In this document: one piece after another, positions 59,901 to 64,000 of the stretch
Numbering within the stretch: position 1 is the stretch's first letter
Layout of the letters: every line of letters begins with the position of its first letter
From: Vicugna vicugna
Lineage: Eukaryota
DNA length: 64,000 nt
NCBI GenBank assembly: GCA_013265495.1
Contig: MU060486.1
Coordinates: forward strand, 868,001 to 932,000
Direction of reading: 5' to 3'
Position numbers and translations under genes: made by a program
Notes under the pieces: model-generated
What the model was told of the DNA's origin: nothing
The model's database searches: none
The model's input: the letters and a program-made list of their open reading frames with translations, nothing else

Positions 59901-61899
59901 ATCAGGCATACCCCGGACCAGGCCCCGCCAGCCTGGCGTCTGGTCACTCTCCCGAGGGCTCACCACGTCTGAGATAATCCACTTTCTGGCTTTAAATTCT
60001 AAAACACAAGCATGTTTTGTAGATTGAAACACAAAAACATGACAGGAGATGCTGCCTTCTTCCTCTGGGTCGCAGAGGGCGTGTCTCTGGGACGATGAGA
60101 AAGAAGCAGGGGTTGAAAGAAGGGGGCGAAGGAGAGAAGCCCGGGGTGTTTGTTGAGACTGTCGTTCCTGCGTGTTTGCTGGTCCTTCCTTCCGCGTCCA
60201 CCAGCTCTCCCCAGACCTGGAAGCCGCCGGGTCTCTGTCAGACGTGGTGATGGAGCAGGTGGTCCCCCGCCCACCTCCCATGCGCCTATCCTTCCTCCCT
60301 CCTCTGCCCTCTAGGTACCACGTCATGCCCTCCCCCAGCCTGCAGCCTGGAGAAGAGCATCTGGCGTGCAGATTTTAGCTGCAGACTGAGGTCTAGAGCT
60401 GGGATGAGGAGGCGCACGCGGTCAGTGGCAGGTGAGGGGTGGGACCCAGGTCCCGCTATGACCCTCTGTGGCTTGTTCACTGAACCTCCCTCTCCCTGGA
60501 GCCCACGTACCGTGTCCCTCTGGAGGATGCAGTGAGGCAGGGGGACGGGCATCTGGAATGCAGATTACTACGACACGTTTGGGGCCCGTTGCAGGGACTT
60601 TGGCCGAAAATGTCCGTCCGAGTAACGGGGGCTGTCTTGACCGCTTCCTCTCGCCCCTGCACTGGGTGCCGGGCTGCTGGCACCCCCGTCCCACCGTGAT
60701 TGTGCTGATGGTCCCCCTCCCTGCACGTGCGGCAAGCTGTCCCTTTTTTATTTATTGGGAAACCAACAAAATAATATTGAAGGGACCATAGCACACGTCA
60801 CAATGTCATACGTGGAGTGAAGACAGGGGCTCCTGGAGGGAGGGAGGGCCCCTTGTGAACCTCCAGGAGGTTTTCTGGGTGCTGGGAAGGAGCTGAGAAG
60901 CCACAACAGGAAAAAAAGCGACATCTACCCACCTCGCAATGAGCTTTTCTGGGAGCTGCAAACGGCATTTTTACTCTCGGAGAAAAGGGCTCTTTTCTCC
61001 CCGCCCTTTTGATTTAGACTTCTGTGAGCCGAAGCGTCCCGGTGTTTAATGGTCGGTTTTAAAATGGAAAGGGCCCGTCTGTGTCAGAACACAGGCCCGG
61101 CCCAGCCAGCACGGCGCTTTGTTTGATTCTGAGGCTTGTTTGGGATAGACGGTATTTTTATAGCTTCTGCTTTGCTTCAGTGACGGCCGTGCGGACGTGG
61201 CCCCCCAGGACGGGCTTAACAGTGGACACAACCGGAGGCCGTTCTCTGGGGGAAAGTTGCCGCTGTGCCTGCACCGACTGGGAGCTGCACGTCCAGGCCG
61301 AGCTGGCTCCTCACGGCCGGCCTCAGGCCACGGGGAGGGGTTCTGGGGGGGGTGTGTGGGCGGGGGGCCTTCAAAAGAGCCAGCTCGATTTTCCTGTGAA
61401 CATTTCAGAGGAGCAGCAGCGAGTGAAATGCTGAGATGGGCGTTTCATCAGCGTGGTTCAGTCTCTGCTCAGATGTGGCCGCGGGGAGGGCTGGGGCTTG
61501 GGAGAGCAGGGGAGAAACCTCCCAGGGCAGTTCCAGCCTCTGTGATCTCACCTTTTGCCAGATGAGTCCAGAAGGAGAGGAAGGCAGCGTGGTGAGAGGG
61601 ACTGGCTGGCACCTGGGGCAGAGGTGGTGGGGGGAGGCAATGCAGAGCCCAGTGGGGCCTTTCAGGTGCCGCTTTGGAAGTTGGTAGATGCCAGCACTGC
61701 AGGGAAGGATGGGGCTGTGCCCGCCAGGGTGCCCAGGGCAGCAGCACCCCGAGGACCAGGGGCACGGGCGGGTGAAGACACGGGGACAGTAGATGAACAC
61801 GGACGGAGGAGGGGGGCTCTGGGGTCTGGGAGGCACGAGGCTCAGCCCTGAGGGTCGTGGACCACTGCACCGGGGCGGTGACCGTCAGCAGCTCCGCGT

Positions 61900-61936
61900 C
61901 AGCGTCTGTCTTGTCTAAACAGCGTCTGTCTTGTCT
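61900..61936. repeat. Small tandem duplication (17 bp x2, 20-bp period)
   Basis: cagcgtctgtcttgtct-aaa-cagcgtctgtcttgtct. Confidence 0.9.
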
Positions 61937-64000
61937 TGTATTATCACGATTCTGTAGATGAAGCGGTGCTGTCAGAGAGGATTACAGAACAAACAAGAAC
62001 ACGGAAGAATAACAACAAATCCCTAAAACTTGCGTCCCGGGGGCGGCGCAGCTGGTTAGGGCAGAGCACGGCCCTGCCCTGGGGCTCTGTGCCCGGGGGC
62101 TCTGTGTGGTACGACCGATGTGCTGTCGACTCACCTATGAGACGCGATCTTTAAACTGGGGGCCGCACCCTTGCCCCAAACCCTCACCGTCCAAACACCG
62201 GAGCCTTGCAGGCTGACGGCTGAAAGCACACCTCTCGTTTGAGGGTTTGAGATTTATTAAAACTCAAGGGTCCCCAAGAGCGAGAGCACCTTGAGCTGCT
62301 GTTTATTCTGAAAACACCACCCCTTGGTCACAATAGCAGTTTAAACCAGGCTCTCTCAAGTCCTGAGCGTGGGAACGCTTCCAGAGCCCACCAGAGGGTC
62401 CTGGGAACCCAGGGCAAGTCGCGTGTGCCCCGTGGAGCAGGCTCTGGGCCTCTGGGGTGTCCCCTGCGGTGCCCACCTGCTCCCACACGACGGAGGGGGG
62501 AAGCCGTGTAGACGCCGCAGTGAAACGCAGAGAAGCTGCAGGCGGCGGGTTTCCCGAGGCCCCCGTTCTAGGAGCGGCCGTCCCCGTGGTGTGAGTGGAG
62601 GTACTGCATGCAGGCTGCCCCGGTGGGTAGGAAGGTTCTGGAAGCTGGAGTCCTGGGAAGGGGGCCTCTGAGGGTTGCCACGGCCACGTCTTGCCGGGGC
62701 CTCCCCCACCGGCCCAGGCCTGGGTGGTCTGGTCTGGGCAGCACGGAGGGTGAGTGGGGGGCAGCGCCCAGAGCCTGTGCAGAGCCCGAGTCCTCCGCCG
62801 TTGTAGGCTTCCGTGGACCCTAGAACTTGAATGGCCGAGGACGAGGAAACAGGAGCGTCAGCGCTTGTCCAGCTGGCGCGTTGGCTACTGCGAGGCCTGG
62901 GGGACGGCAGCCCGCCTCCCCTGTACCTGTGCCTAGAGGGCAGCGGCCCTGCCCCTGCCCCTGCCCCTGAGACGGACTCGCTGGTAAGTGTGGGAATGAG
63001 GGGCATCACTTAGAGTCAATCTGCCGCCAAAACACGAAGGACGATGAAGCTTGGACCCGTCAGGTATCTGGTCGCTCATGAAAATTTCGTACATCAGGGT
63101 CCATCGTCCAAACGGGCGCAGAAACAAACTGTGAACCTCGCCCTCTGCTCGTCACACCCTCATCTCGACAAGCAGACGCCGCTGTCCAGGGTGGTTCTGG
63201 TCCTCGCTGTTTCTTACCTGTCGCTGCGGGGTGTCCTCGCCGGCCGGGCACACCTCCCACTCGTCTGTGATGGGGTCAGGGGCGGTGGTGGGCCCGGCCT
63301 GTGCCGGCCCAGCTGCGGGGAACACGCAGCTAAGCCCTCCACGTGCGCAGTGTCCGAAGGCTGCTCTCCTGCCTTTTATCCCAAGAGAAAGGGCCGAGGG
63401 GCCGAAGCCGGCAAACGCACCCCTTCACCCTGAGTCTGGCCTGAACCCCGTCCCGTGCGGTCAGGCCCCTGCGGGCTGGCTGGCTGGTCCAGGGCGCAGG
63501 TTCCGACTCTGGCTGTTTGTGAGGCTCACGGGGAGGATGGGAAAATCAAGACCGAACATGAACAGCGGCTCTCAGGGCTGGCTCCACGGGCTGAGGTTTA
63601 GCCGGCCTGGGCAGAGCCCGGGCGTCCCATGTGACAGAAGGCCCCGCGTGGCTCTGCCGTGCCCGGGTGAGCGCCGCGTGGGGAGGGTCTCTGCACCGGC
63701 CGTGCCGGGGTTGGCCCCAGGCCATCCTGGCTTCCTGCTTCTCCCAGGCCGTGGCCGAGCCGGTCTCCTCTGTGTCTGGAGAACTTGGCTTGAGAGGACG
63801 TCACCACCCTGGGGGCAGGACTGCCGGGGGACCTGCCGCCTGGTGGCCTGTGGGGTCTGCCCAGGGCTCAGGGCCTGGCTTCAGGGCAGGGTGGCCACGT
63901 ACCCTCACCCCACCCTCACACCTGGTTCAGTCCAGCATCAGAACTGAACCGTGGGAATCAAGTGAAACCGCGCTCCCCTCTCAGGTGGTGTCTGGTCCTT

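Overview
Eukaryotic (placental mammal) genomic DNA, GC-rich (roughly 55-60% by eye) with many retained CpGs and four assembly gaps. I recognise no protein-coding exon, RNA gene, CRISPR array or prokaryotic system. The six-frame ORFs are what GC-rich non-coding DNA produces by chance. The window reads as the interior of a very long intron or regulatory gene desert, probably transcribed on the + strand (inference from splice signals and antisense L1/MLT1 copies). It holds ancient repeats (MIR, L2, old L1, MLT1 LTRs, MER5-type and MER2-type DNA transposon fossils), one younger L1 3' end of cetartiodactyl type, and many short AT-rich homeodomain-motif islands that look like enhancers. No Alu, B1/B2, Can-SINE, PRE1, Bov-tA or CHR-2 SINE was seen, which fits a camelid-like genome (inference). 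The host gene could not be identified. The best signal is a near-textbook recursive-splice-site ('zero-length exon') motif at 56937-56986: branch point CACTAAC, a 34/36 pyrimidine tract, then TAG|GTAAGT, with stop codons in all three frames immediately downstream. Secondary leads are a 17-nt microexon-like unit ending in ATG (4826-4842), a 17/34-bp minisatellite born inside a MER2-type MITE, a 118-bp tandem duplication, and a CpG-poor island around the largest gap.
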